64,000 bases of DNA, from positions 1,250,421 through 1,314,420 of the forward strand of contig JAHDYR010000062.1 in NCBI GenBank assembly GCA_019828565.1, given 5' to 3'. Below are positions 1 to 9,600 of this stretch, piece after piece. Each line of letters begins with the position of its first letter. Within the stretch, counting starts at the first letter, position 1. This DNA comes from Carpediemonas membranifera BICM. Lineage: Eukaryota; Protista; Fornicata. The notes under the pieces are model-generated. The model had not been told where the DNA came from and searched no databases. It saw only the letters and a program-made list of their open reading frames with translations. Made by a program: the position numbers and the translations under genes.

Positions 1-2
1 AC

Positions 3-344
3 AGCGGCAACCTGAACATCTCACCGACGATCGGGTCGTTGTCTGCTGATCCATCCACGCATTTCATTGAATTTAAGGATCTAATCAAGTCGGGCCAACT
101 CGACGTGACCCAGATCCCGATAATGGCAGCGGACGCACACACTGAGCTCACTGACTTCGGGATGCGGGACGAGTTCAAACGAAGGTGGCCGTACAAGCCC
201 CACCGGAAGACATCGAGGGTCAGTGCATCCATGACCGCCTATGTCGCGTGTAAGGGGCTGATGGGAGTTATTGAGGAGCTGGCTGGCGCGGACACCAAGA
301 CACCGCGGGCGAAAAAGAGGAAGGTGCGTGACCTCTCGTACTGA
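3..344 (+). CDS. Hypothetical protein, 3' end only (runs in from the window edge)
   Basis: Frame is open from position 3 to the stop at 344 and ends in a basic, NLS-like PRAKKRKVR. No recognisable domain. Confidence 0.35.
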   Translation, partial: SGNLNISPTIGSLSADPSTHFIEFKDLIKSGQLDVTQIPIMAADAHTELTDFGMRDEFKRRWPYKPHRKTSRVSASMTAYVACKGLMGVIEELAGADTKTPRAKKRKVRDLSY

Positions 345-1170
345 GCATAGCCTGTAAACCAGTTTAGGCGATCGGCTGGGGAACCGGGCGGGGTACAGTA
401 AATGGTTGTTGTTTTCTGCTTATTGCTGGATGTATGTAGCTTAGAGAGGTCCTGCAAAGCACTTCACACAATCGGCACAGTTCTATCAAAACATAACTCG
501 CTTGCACCATTCACGATCACCGAGCCCGCCAGGCCGTCGCGAAGGCCTTCGTCGCCTGGATCACCAACAGCCTGCAGGTCAGGCAGGCCAACAGGAGGGG
601 GTTGGCCGACTCAAACATTTCGACAATCTTATCCTCCCTGAGGAGTTCACGTCTGAGAGCGCAAGTCTACCCTCTTTGGACGATGTGCTTCTAGAGGAGT
701 GGGTGGCCCCGGCCAGTCGTATTTAACTATATTACACGGGTAAACCCTCACCCCCGGTGGGGCCTGGGCGTGGTTTGAACATATACTGACACATAACTGG
801 GTAAATACGTAAATATCGTAAACACACCTGATAGGGGCACTGGGTTTGACATCATTGGTGTCGAGTCAAGATTGCAGTTTTTTCGAGAGAACCGAGCAAC
901 AATGCCGTGGTTCAGGAGGCAAAGCTGGTAGAGTGTGTGGGCGTCATCTTGGTCAGTACGCTGATGATGCCACTCCCTTCAGTGCGACGAGAGTGGGCGG
1001 TGTGACCGATTATCACCGCAGACGAAGTGGCCTCCACCCATGACCTTCAGTGGGCCTGCCGACCATCGCTGCCTTCCTCCACGAATGACTCCTCGTGCTG
1101 TGACCGTTCCCCTCGTCAACACAGCAAACGATGCCCCCCGCCCAACCAGGTAACACCGGAATTTACTGCA

Positions 1171-4100
1171 TCAGGCCTTTGCATAGTTCACGCCCTCCTG
1201 AGTGAAGCCCTCGTTGACCCGAGCGTCGTCCTCGTCCAGGGGCGGCGGCAGCTCTCGCTTGAGGAGCCCGGCCTCACCGACAGTGTCACACAGGGCATGG
1301 ATGATGTCCCACATGAAAGGCGCCTTGGCATCCTCGGGCACGTCGTCGTCCCGGAGGAACGTCGCGACGTACCGGCCCGCGTCAGCCCAGGTCTCGTCGT
1401 CCCACTCGAACGACGCGAATGCCCGAGCGGTGAGGGCAGCCAGGGAGCTTGAGGACCGACGGGAGGCGCGGGAGAGCACGCCCGCGAGGGGCCGGAGCAT
1501 GGCAAGGACGTCGGCGGGCTCTGCGATGGCGAAGGGCAGGATGTCGCCGATGGTGTGGAGGAGCAAGACCTTCTCGGCCTCGTCCTCGGCGTCAAGCATA
1601 GTCATGCACTGCGAACAGACCAGCGCCATAGGGAAGGCGAACTGACGGCAGGACTGGAGGGGCAGCTCGCTCGGGTCCAGACGGATGGCAAGGGCGAGGC
1701 CCTTGATCTCAAGCACCAGACGCTCGAGGTTCATGTCGGCGATGTCCTCGAGCTGCTGGACGGTGTCGATTCCCGTGACCGCCTCAGCGTGGGCGAGCAC
1801 GTGATACAGCATCTTTCCCCGCACCTCGGCGGTCGGGCGGACCATGGCAAGTGCCCAAGCCGCTCTGTCGTCCTCGTAGTACGGCTCGGCGATATCCTCG
1901 GGGCCGGCGTAAGAGAGATCGGGCTCGATCGCCTCCGAGTCCTCTTCGACGGGGAACTCGCATAGTGGGAAGAACGACGCGAGCGTGTCCTTCGTGCGGG
2001 CGTGGGAGGCCCGGAAAGCAGCGGCGAGGCGGTAGGCGGCAGACTCCTCGTCGGGCTCGCCCTCCTCGTCGATCTCCACGGCCTCGATGGCCTCACTGAT
2101 TGCCTCGGCGTCGTCCTCGTCGAAGTCGACATCAACCTCCCACTCGGCGCCGGCCAGCACGGACTCGGCCCACTTGCTCGCAGCCTTGTTCTTGGCGGCC
2201 TTGGCGAAGGGCGGGCAGCGCTCGTGGAGCAGGATGGCGGCAGCAACAGCGGCGGCATGGGCTTCCTCGTCCTCCTGGGAGCATAGCACGCGGTCGATGA
2301 GGCTGTCCGCGGCCAGCACGGTTTCCTCGTCGAGCTCGAACTCCTCGACATCGTAGTCCTCCTGCGGCACGTCCGTAGCGAAGGGCTCGCGGCAGGGGAA
2401 GAGCTGATTGATGAAGCGGACGAGCCCATGGACACGCATGGTGCGCAGACTGACGGGGTCGACGTCGAGGTCGGTCTCCTCGCCGATGATCTCGACTAGC
2501 TTCGTGACCTGCTCGGCGACGTCATTGCCCCGGGCCCAGTACGACTGGGCTTCACCGACAGTGCGGGCGAGGGCGATGGATGCGGAAGTCCGGACGGCGT
2601 CAGTGGGGGCAAACGTCAGTGGGTACAGGACCTTGGCGACGTCCTCGTAATCGATTGTCGACAGCAGCGTGATGGCCGCGGGGCAGACTGCGTCGTCCTC
2701 GAAGTCCTGGGCCGCCTGGGCAATCGTGTCGATGTCAGCGGCATGGTTGGCCCAGAATGCGTCGGACAGGGCGGCCAGGGTGCGGAGAGCGGCCGCCCGC
2801 TGGATCGAGGCGGTACCCTCGCCCTCCCCAGCGACGAACGACTCGAACAGGAGATCGCACACATCCGCCGCCTCCTCGGGGGCCGCGGGCAGGGTCGCGA
2901 TGGCCACGGTGTAGGCGTTGAACGTCGTCTCGAGGGCGTCGTTGGTGCCCGACTCGACGAGATCCTTGGCCAGGCCGTGGTAGCGGCTGAACATCGCAGC
3001 GTCCCAGATCTTGCCGTCGACCTCAGCAGCGGTCAGCATGTCGCCCGTGCGGAGTCTGTGGATGTGCCTGAACGTCGTGGCGGCCCCGATCCGGATGGGC
3101 AGGGACGGGTGGAACCGGGCCCGGTGCACCAGACACTGCAGGTCGAGCAGCTCCTCGCTGTCGATCGTCAGGCCGCTCTTGCAGGCAGCGAGGACCGCCT
3201 GGCAGCCAGCATCGATGAGCCACGGCAGGGAGCCTCTCAGGGTCTCCATGGCGAGGGGGCCGAGGGCGTCCGTGCTGGCGCGGGTCGCCACGATCACCAC
3301 AGCGGCGGCCTTGACCGCGGCGGCAGCAGCCTGGCAGGCCTCGTTGTCATCAAGATCCTGGGCTGAGATGGCGATGAGGGCGTCGATGATCGTGGCCGCA
3401 AGGTCGGTTGGAACCTTCGCGGCGAATGCCTCGAGAGCGATGGCGTGGGCCTGGCGGAGGCGCCACTCGTCGGAGGCCAGAGACTCAACAGAGATCTTCA
3501 GCCCGTCTCGCGTGAACTTGTCATCGCCAAGAGCGGTCGCCCAAACCTCGGCGGCGGCCCTACGGACGTTGAGGGAAGGGTCGACCATACGGGCGGTGAC
3601 TACCTCGCGGACTGAGCCTAGGTCGGCCGAGGCGGCCCGGGCGTATCTGTCGAGGGCCCTGAGCGACTGGTAACGGACATACTCGGCGTAGAAGCCGAAC
3701 TTCTCGGTCAGCGTGGCGAGAGCGAACACCTTGTCGAGCACGCCGGCAGCGGCGTCGGGACGGCGGGCCATGAACCGGCCGGCGGCCATGAGGGCGCCCT
3801 CGAGGTGCTCCCAGGACTCGTCGTCGTTCAGGTGAGAGATGACGCGGGACTTGATGGCGTCCAGCTCGCCGGGGCAGGCGGCAATGATCATCCCAAGAGA
3901 CTCAGCAGCCGCGTCGCGGACCTCGCGCTTGTCGTCGTGCTGGAGAGCGAATGTCTGGGCAATGAGGGCCTGAACAAGGTCACCGGAGGTGAAAGGGGCG
4001 AGGTAACCGAGCGCATATGCCACAGTTTGGCGGAGACCCCAGTTGGGGTACTTCAAAATGGAGGCAAAAAGGCCGTAAAGCTTCTCAGCATCCTCGGCGA

Positions 4101-4227
4101 ATGATTCTCCACTCTTGAGCTCATCGGTAAGCTCATCAAGAGCAAAAACAAGGGGATTGAACTTATTCTCACTCTTCTGCGACCCTTCTTCAATGAAAGA
4201 GCCAAGCTTCTCGACGTACGCGTTCAT
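1171..4227 (-). CDS. Large acidic HEAT-repeat protein
   Basis: 1018-aa ORF with repeated HEAT-like motifs (NWGLRQTVAYALG, KREVRDAAAESLG, SLNVRRAAAEVW, EWRLRQAHAIAL). Confidence 0.8.
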   Translation of the reverse strand: MNAYVEKLGSFIEEGSQKSENKFNPLVFALDELTDELKSGESFAEDAEKLYGLFASILKYPNWGLRQTVAYALGYLAPFTSGDLVQALIAQTFALQHDDKREVRDAAAESLGMIIAACPGELDAIKSRVISHLNDDESWEHLEGALMAAGRFMARRPDAAAGVLDKVFALATLTEKFGFYAEYVRYQSLRALDRYARAASADLGSVREVVTARMVDPSLNVRRAAAEVWATALGDDKFTRDGLKISVESLASDEWRLRQAHAIALEAFAAKVPTDLAATIIDALIAISAQDLDDNEACQAAAAAVKAAAVVIVATRASTDALGPLAMETLRGSLPWLIDAGCQAVLAACKSGLTIDSEELLDLQCLVHRARFHPSLPIRIGAATTFRHIHRLRTGDMLTAAEVDGKIWDAAMFSRYHGLAKDLVESGTNDALETTFNAYTVAIATLPAAPEEAADVCDLLFESFVAGEGEGTASIQRAAALRTLAALSDAFWANHAADIDTIAQAAQDFEDDAVCPAAITLLSTIDYEDVAKVLYPLTFAPTDAVRTSASIALARTVGEAQSYWARGNDVAEQVTKLVEIIGEETDLDVDPVSLRTMRVHGLVRFINQLFPCREPFATDVPQEDYDVEEFELDEETVLAADSLIDRVLCSQEDEEAHAAAVAAAILLHERCPPFAKAAKNKAASKWAESVLAGAEWEVDVDFDEDDAEAISEAIEAVEIDEEGEPDEESAAYRLAAAFRASHARTKDTLASFFPLCEFPVEEDSEAIEPDLSYAGPEDIAEPYYEDDRAAWALAMVRPTAEVRGKMLYHVLAHAEAVTGIDTVQQLEDIADMNLERLVLEIKGLALAIRLDPSELPLQSCRQFAFPMALVCSQCMTMLDAEDEAEKVLLLHTIGDILPFAIAEPADVLAMLRPLAGVLSRASRRSSSSLAALTARAFASFEWDDETWADAGRYVATFLRDDDVPEDAKAPFMWDIIHALCDTVGEAGLLKRELPPPLDEDDARVNEGFTQEGVNYAKA

Positions 4228-4255
4228 TCGAGATCAATATTTCGCAGTTTAAGGC

Positions 4256-5226
4256 GTGTGTGTATGTGCTATTGAAGGGTCGAACAATGTGTTTATACTG
4301 CGCAACACTGCCCTGTCTCCCTCCTACTCACGTCTTAAGTCGGTAGGGAGATCGTCTTCTCCAGGGCTTCCACAAAGCGTCTTCTTCGAAAAAAATACCG
4401 AGGCTCCGCCCGCGCCGGATCCTGATGCCCACCTCATGGGGTTCGACCCGGGCGCGAGGTCCATCGGAGGGTATTACATCAGGCACCCTGATGGCACCAC
4501 CAGCTCCGGCGTCCTTCCAAAGTGCGGATACACTAAGACGCCAAGTTTCGGCTTTGATATGACGGCCGCGTCGTTCAAGAGCGCAAGACGTGTGAGTATC
4601 AACAACTCTATTAGGTTTGTGCTGGACAACGCGAACGATATTTTCGAGGCTGGAATGCGTAAGTCTTTCCGCCGAGTGCGCTTTGCGAACCACATCCTTC
4701 GCCAGAAGCACTTCGCCCGCTGCGGCCAACAGTTGGCTCGGGAGTTCGGTTGGCGTCGCCACCATCCCACCGCCACCCCCATTCGCCTGAAAGTCTTCTA
4801 CGGGAGCTCGGGATTCACCGCGCCTGCTGATATGTTCATTCCTTGCGCGCCATATCGAAAGTTCGCGAGAGAGATAGTTCCCCTTCTCAAGGGGTATATA
4901 ACATTGTCGTCGATCTTAACATGGTAAACGAGGATCGCACCACCGTCGTCTGCCCTCACTGCCACGCCACCTACAAGCGAGTTCGTCCGCGTGATGACCA
5001 GCACGTTCACCCACATCGTGTGATGCTCTGCGAAAATCCACAGTGCCGTGGTGCTCAGTGGCGCGCAACAGTTCCTGATGCTCTGAATGTTGATCATCGG
5101 GACAAGAGTGCTGCAGAGAACATCCTGTGGCGTTCTCTTGCCACGGAAGATGAGCTCAGTGGCTCTCCGTTCAGTCGCATTGATCCCACGTCTTCAAACA
5201 TCATTCCAGTATCATCAATTGGCTAA
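4256..5226 (+). pseudogene. Fanzor (eukaryotic TnpB-family) RuvC nuclease, 5'-truncated and frameshifted
   Basis: ORF 4256-4927 carries RuvC-I MGFDPG (D at 4445) and VFYGSSGF...PYRKF. Overlapping ORF 4843-5226 carries VNEDRTTVVCPHC (E at 4930), CENPQC and RuvC-III HRDKSAAENI (D at 5101). Adding one G to AAGGGGT (about 4889-4895) fuses them as ...LLKGVYNIVVDLNMVNE.... Confidence 0.85.
4274..4309 (+). repeat. 36-nt direct repeat, left copy (right copy 5301-5336)
   Basis: 32/36 identical, with a perfect 22-nt core AATGTGTTTATACTGCGCAACA at 4286-4307 and 5313-5334. Confidence 0.9.
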
Positions 5227-5312
5227 CCGCCAACATTCGTCTACGGACGGATGATGTTGTGCAGTTTGGCACTTTGATCGTTCCTTTCAGGCCCTGTCTT
5301 GGAGGTTCGAAA
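5227..5312 (+). ncRNA. Candidate Fanzor omega-RNA scaffold
   Basis: Lies directly after the Fanzor stop. Hairpin CAACATTCGTC-TACG-GACGGATGATGTTG (5231-5259) has a C(UACG)G tetraloop and is followed by a small GTGC/GCAC stem. This is where TnpB/Fanzor guide scaffolds lie. Boundaries are uncertain. Confidence 0.45.
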
Positions 5313-5336
5313 AATGTGTTTATACTGCGCAACAGT
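5301..5336 (+). repeat. 36-nt direct repeat, right copy (left copy 4274-4309)
   Basis: Same alignment as the left copy, offset 1027 nt. Confidence 0.9.
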
Positions 5337-5705
5337 GTATGAATTCAGTTTAAGGTAGGGAATTAGCCGTGCAGCGGCTACAACTGACCACTCTTGCGCA
5401 TAAACTTGCTTACCAATGATTCCTGCCTGTTGAGCTGGACCCGGCCCGAAGTGACCATCCATCAGTTGTCACCATGCTCAGAATGTGCCCAAGCAAGGAA
5501 CGGGGGACACCACCGGCAAACATCTCAGTAGACCCCGACTGCATGACGACTTCGTTGGGATCCTCGAGAGGTGCAAGCCTTATGAGTGACCTTCGCGTCG
5601 GAGACGGATCCCGACGAGGGCCAGGCAGCATGATACATCAATATCAGACATAATAGAGACAAAGTTCGGGTTATTTCAACCGCGAGGATGTAGTTTACTC
5701 AGCGC

Positions 5706-5929
5706 TTACTGGGACTGAGCGTTGGGGCCACGGGGCTTGCCCTGGGTGGCAACAACGTTGACGAAACGCTTGTTGTAGAGGAAACGCTTCTGGGGACGGC
5801 CAACGAGGCGCTTCTTCTTGTCCTCCTGAGGCTCAACCTTGGGAGTCTGTATTACTGCAGAGTTAGGAGATAACAAACCTGGTTTCTGACCTTACCGGCA
5901 CGAGCGAGAGAACCGTGAACCTTGCCCAT
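5706..5929 (-). CDS. RPS30: 40S ribosomal protein S30 (eS30), one intron 5847-5878
   Basis: [17 protein letters not shown], then a 32-nt GT..CTAAC..AG intron, then [31 protein letters not shown]...GPNAQSQ*. Confidence 0.95.
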
Positions 5930-6223
5930 TTCTATATAAGCGGAAACGACCTGAAAGCGATACAAACAGACTACGATCAACGAGAGGGGCAAAACTGCAC
6001 TTTTACTGTTTTTTTCACCGAAAAAAGATGAGTCTGGCAAAGAGCAGTAATCGCGCACATTAGAGTGTAGCATGGTCTACTACGGGTTTGAAGAGATAGA
6101 ATCTACGCTTAATCTGAGGTCAGAAATTCCCGAGCCAACTCCATGCCCGGTGCGACCTGGCCCCACCCCAACCCGACGCCCAGTCCTTTATATTCTTCAT
6201 AATAAGATGGTAAATACTCATGT

Positions 6224-9200
6224 CTACATGTCTCGAACCGTCTCCACCGCGCCGATCAGGTCTCGGACGTCGCCCACGGACACTAAGCTTGCCGCGCGTC
6301 TCAACACGCCATGGACGTCCGTCTTGCTGTTCAGGAGGAACGTCGTCGTCGGGGCTGTTCGTCGGTCGGGTCGGAACCTCTGGAGCTCCAGACTCAGCTG
6401 CCCCGTGCCCGCCGGCATCTGCATCACCTCGGCGATCTCGGCGACCTTGGCGAGGAACAGAGCTGGCTCGGCGATCGGCGGATCCGTCAGATACGGCGCG
6501 ATCTCTGCCACATCCTTTTCCGTCTGCCGCCGCTCCTGGACCTTCGCCCTGCATAGGGTCCCCAGCTGGCGCTTGGCCTCACGTACCATGGCCTGGGGCT
6601 GGCCCATCCCCATGCACAGCAACAGGATGCCCACCATCGTCTGGGTGGCCTCGTTGTCTAACGGGAGCGCCAGGGCGGCGCGGGTAAATGAAAGCATGCC
6701 GTCAAGCACGCGACACGCGTCTGACTGCTCGTACTGGGCGATCAGCTTGACTGTCTCCGGGTCACGGGGGTCGAGGCCCAGCGATACAAGGTGCTGGGCC
6801 GCTTCGATCCGACGAGCAGCGGCTACCACCCGCGCCTCTTCCCCACCCAGCGAGGTTGGATCCCGCATGCGGATCCCGGGAGACGCATCGTCGGCCCTGG
6901 CGTCCGTCTGATCCAAAATCCACTGCGGACCGGTCAAAGGATTGGATCCGCAGATCTTCTCGAATCTACCGAGGACGGCGGTGACCCTGTGAGCCGTGAA
7001 CTCGGGCGCCGACTGCATCAACAACACGACGACCCGGACGGCCAGCACACCGGAATCGAGAGACCCGCCAAGCACCGGGATCAGATACGGCCAGATACGG
7101 TGGACGAGGGGCATCAGCGTGTGAATGCCGTACTCGGCTTCGTCGTCGCCGACGGGGAGCAGGAAAGAGTCTCTCGCGAGAGCCCTGGATACGGTCTCGA
7201 CGACACGCAGCGCCCTGTTGCGGGAGGAAGGCGAGGCGATGAGCGGGCCGGCCGCGTCACCGGCAACCTTCCAGATCTCCCGTGAGATTCGGACAAAAGA
7301 TTCGACATCGACTGCCCTTGAGTCGACACCACCCACCCTCGTGTGGACCGTCACCGTCACTGGGAATGGCGGGCCGGGCAGCACCACGGCCTGGTCGGCC
7401 CGGGGAGGAGTGGGGTCCGCGGCCTTGAACTCGTCAAGCTCGCTTTCGTCCATGTGCAGCGTGCGTGCCTCCTCGTTGCGGGCATGAAGCCGGGTGAAGT
7501 ACTCCTCGGCCGTCTCCTCATCATCATCGGGCTCGGCCTCAGGCGTGGCGGTCTCTCCAACATCGGACTCGCCATCCTCAGTGCTGTTGGGCACGAAAGT
7601 CACCGCCCGGCGGGCCAGAGCCCCGCTGATACGGTCAAGGATGGTCAACAGAGGTCCTGCCTGGTCCGGCCCGAGCAGAGTCAGCGACCGGGCGATGCTA
7701 CGGGACATGGGGAGCAGCTCGGCCAGGAGCAAGGTGGATGTAAGGGTGACTTCGACCGTCGCGGACTGCTCCAGGTGTGACAACACGGCGTCAACGGTCG
7801 AGCACGCGTTAGGGTAGACAGAAGGGAACGGCAGCTGGCTACTGAGCCGTCTGAGCAGTGGTACGAGGCTGCCGGTGATCAGGGCGGTCGGCGTCGCCGC
7901 ATCATCCGTGAGCCGCGACCAGGCCGCTGCCATCGACTCCAGAGTGGTCGCAGCAACTAGCGAGACCGGCGCTGTGGGGAGCAGGAAGGGGAGGGTCTCG
8001 ATAATGAGTGATTCAAACTCACCACGGGCGCCGACGACCGTGTACAGCACTGCGACAGCCCGGACGAGGGAGCAGGCGGAGAACAGGGCGCTGGAGTCGT
8101 CGATAGATAGCGTCAGAACGGAGATGAGGCCTGCCACAGCCGGCACGACCTCGCCCAACATGCCCAGGGCGGTCTGGGTCAGCGCGGGGGGCGGGGAAAT
8201 GAAGTCGTCAAACCCACCCTCAACACGCACACCCCAGCCTAGCCCGCAGGCCCCGAGAATGCACTGCGATAGGGCATCGAGGCCAGCCTCCCGCCACGCC
8301 ATAAACTGCACATCGACTATGAGGCAACGCACGGCGGCCAAGCCGAGCTCTCTGGCCAGCCCCTGGGCAGCGATGAGTGCCAGGCTATCCTTACACCATG
8401 TCGATCGGGGCAGGGGCATTGTCGTTGATGCCTGGGCGATTCCGACCTCAGCGATGGGGGAGGGTGCATGACGGATCAGATCTTGGATTGCTGTAAGTGT
8501 TTTGACGACAATCTCAGTATCTGCAATTACATGCTCGATCATGGCGACCGGGGCGGCTCTGAAGAAACCAATCAGGGCGAGACAGACGGAGATGCAGGCG
8601 GTGTCCGTGTATGCCCGCTCCCCCTGCAGCCCCAGGGTCTCCGGCAGAGCTCTGAGCCACTGGACGATCACGTCTGTGTCCTTGACGAACTCCGGCCAGG
8701 GTCCCCCCCAGGCGAGGCTCCGGCAGAGCAGACGCAGGAACTGGTCGACCAAGGGCGTCGGCGGCAATGACACAGGCGTCCATGGTACCCTCTCCCTGGC
8801 CACTATGGGGCTGACCGCGGCGTCAATGCGCCTTAGCTGGCCCTCAACGTGCGCCAGTGCGGACGGGGGCAGCGGCACCCGTGACAGCAGTCGCCAGTAT
8901 CCGTCCAGGAGCTTCCCGACGTGCTTGGGGCTCTTTGTTGAGGCTAGCGTCCTTGTGAACGCGGACGATGCCCCCGGCAGTGCTCGTGCGAGGAGGGTGG
9001 GCGGGGCGAGGACCAGGAGGCGGCAGACGGCGTCCGTCACCATAAGGCCGGACAAGTGCGGCAGGAGCACAGAGATACCGACCCCGACATATTCCAGGTG
9101 TTCTTCGGCAACGAGGGCGACGTGGTACGCTTCGGCTGAGTCCTGAGGCACGGCGGCGAGGAGTGTGTTGATGTAGCGGGCTGCAGCGATGACTACATCA

Positions 9201-9400
9201 TCTGGATGGCTATCTGATGACATAATATGGTCCACAGACGTGTCGAAGAGGGCCACAAAGGTCTGTGGAGCGCACTGGAGCCCGCTGAGGCCGTATGTGG
9301 AAAGGGAGCGGCTTAGCTGCTCATAATGCCGCATAGCATCATCAGAACTGGGCAACTGTCGCAGTGCTTCGATCGCCTCCACGATCTCCTGTTGTCTCAT
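6224..9400 (-). CDS. TTI1-like (TELO2-interacting) HEAT/ARM protein
   Basis: 1058-aa helical protein. The C-terminal LMPLVHRIWPYLIPVL and PEFTAHRV resemble TTI1 motifs and are preceded by an acidic loop. Confidence 0.55.
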   Translation of the reverse strand: MRQQEIVEAIEALRQLPSSDDAMRHYEQLSRSLSTYGLSGLQCAPQTFVALFDTSVDHIMSSDSHPDDVVIAAARYINTLLAAVPQDSAEAYHVALVAEEHLEYVGVGISVLLPHLSGLMVTDAVCRLLVLAPPTLLARALPGASSAFTRTLASTKSPKHVGKLLDGYWRLLSRVPLPPSALAHVEGQLRRIDAAVSPIVARERVPWTPVSLPPTPLVDQFLRLLCRSLAWGGPWPEFVKDTDVIVQWLRALPETLGLQGERAYTDTACISVCLALIGFFRAAPVAMIEHVIADTEIVVKTLTAIQDLIRHAPSPIAEVGIAQASTTMPLPRSTWCKDSLALIAAQGLARELGLAAVRCLIVDVQFMAWREAGLDALSQCILGACGLGWGVRVEGGFDDFISPPPALTQTALGMLGEVVPAVAGLISVLTLSIDDSSALFSACSLVRAVAVLYTVVGARGEFESLIIETLPFLLPTAPVSLVAATTLESMAAAWSRLTDDAATPTALITGSLVPLLRRLSSQLPFPSVYPNACSTVDAVLSHLEQSATVEVTLTSTLLLAELLPMSRSIARSLTLLGPDQAGPLLTILDRISGALARRAVTFVPNSTEDGESDVGETATPEAEPDDDEETAEEYFTRLHARNEEARTLHMDESELDEFKAADPTPPRADQAVVLPGPPFPVTVTVHTRVGGVDSRAVDVESFVRISREIWKVAGDAAGPLIASPSSRNRALRVVETVSRALARDSFLLPVGDDEAEYGIHTLMPLVHRIWPYLIPVLGGSLDSGVLAVRVVVLLMQSAPEFTAHRVTAVLGRFEKICGSNPLTGPQWILDQTDARADDASPGIRMRDPTSLGGEEARVVAAARRIEAAQHLVSLGLDPRDPETVKLIAQYEQSDACRVLDGMLSFTRAALALPLDNEATQTMVGILLLCMGMGQPQAMVREAKRQLGTLCRAKVQERRQTEKDVAEIAPYLTDPPIAEPALFLAKVAEIAEVMQMPAGTGQLSLELQRFRPDRRTAPTTTFLLNSKTDVHGVLRRAASLVSVGDVRDLIGAVETVRDM

Positions 9401-9600
9401 TGTTGAGAAGCGATTGATGGGTGATGACTCGGCAAGTCAAGTGGACTACCCCACGAAGCTCAGCATGCAGAGCACAACGCAAGGGAAGTATCGAAGACTG
9501 GACATCGTTCGGTCCGTTTACCATCATCCTAAGGCTGACTTTGACATTTATCCGGCGACCGGCGCTGGGAGCTCTTTGTTTCTGGTCAATGCGCAGTCCC

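Larger units (their letters stand above)
4245..5355. mobile_element. Putative Fanzor-carrying non-autonomous element bounded by direct repeats
   Basis: CAGTTTAAGG at 4245-4254 and 5346-5355; 36-nt repeat at 4274-4309 and 5301-5336; GCCCTGTCT at 4310-4318 and 5291-5299. No transposase seen. Confidence 0.55.

Noticed and set aside
345-1170. Possible transposon remnant or small genes
   Set aside because: Only short ORFs without recognisable motifs; no terminal repeats found.
4880-4930. Intron explaining the Fanzor frame break
   Set aside because: No suitable 28-40 nt GT-AG segment restores the frame while keeping the VNED motif. A 1-nt indel in the G-run is simpler.
4274-5336. 36-nt direct repeats as a CRISPR array
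   Set aside because: Only two copies, separated by about 1 kb containing the nuclease gene. There is no spacer periodicity and no cas1/cas2.
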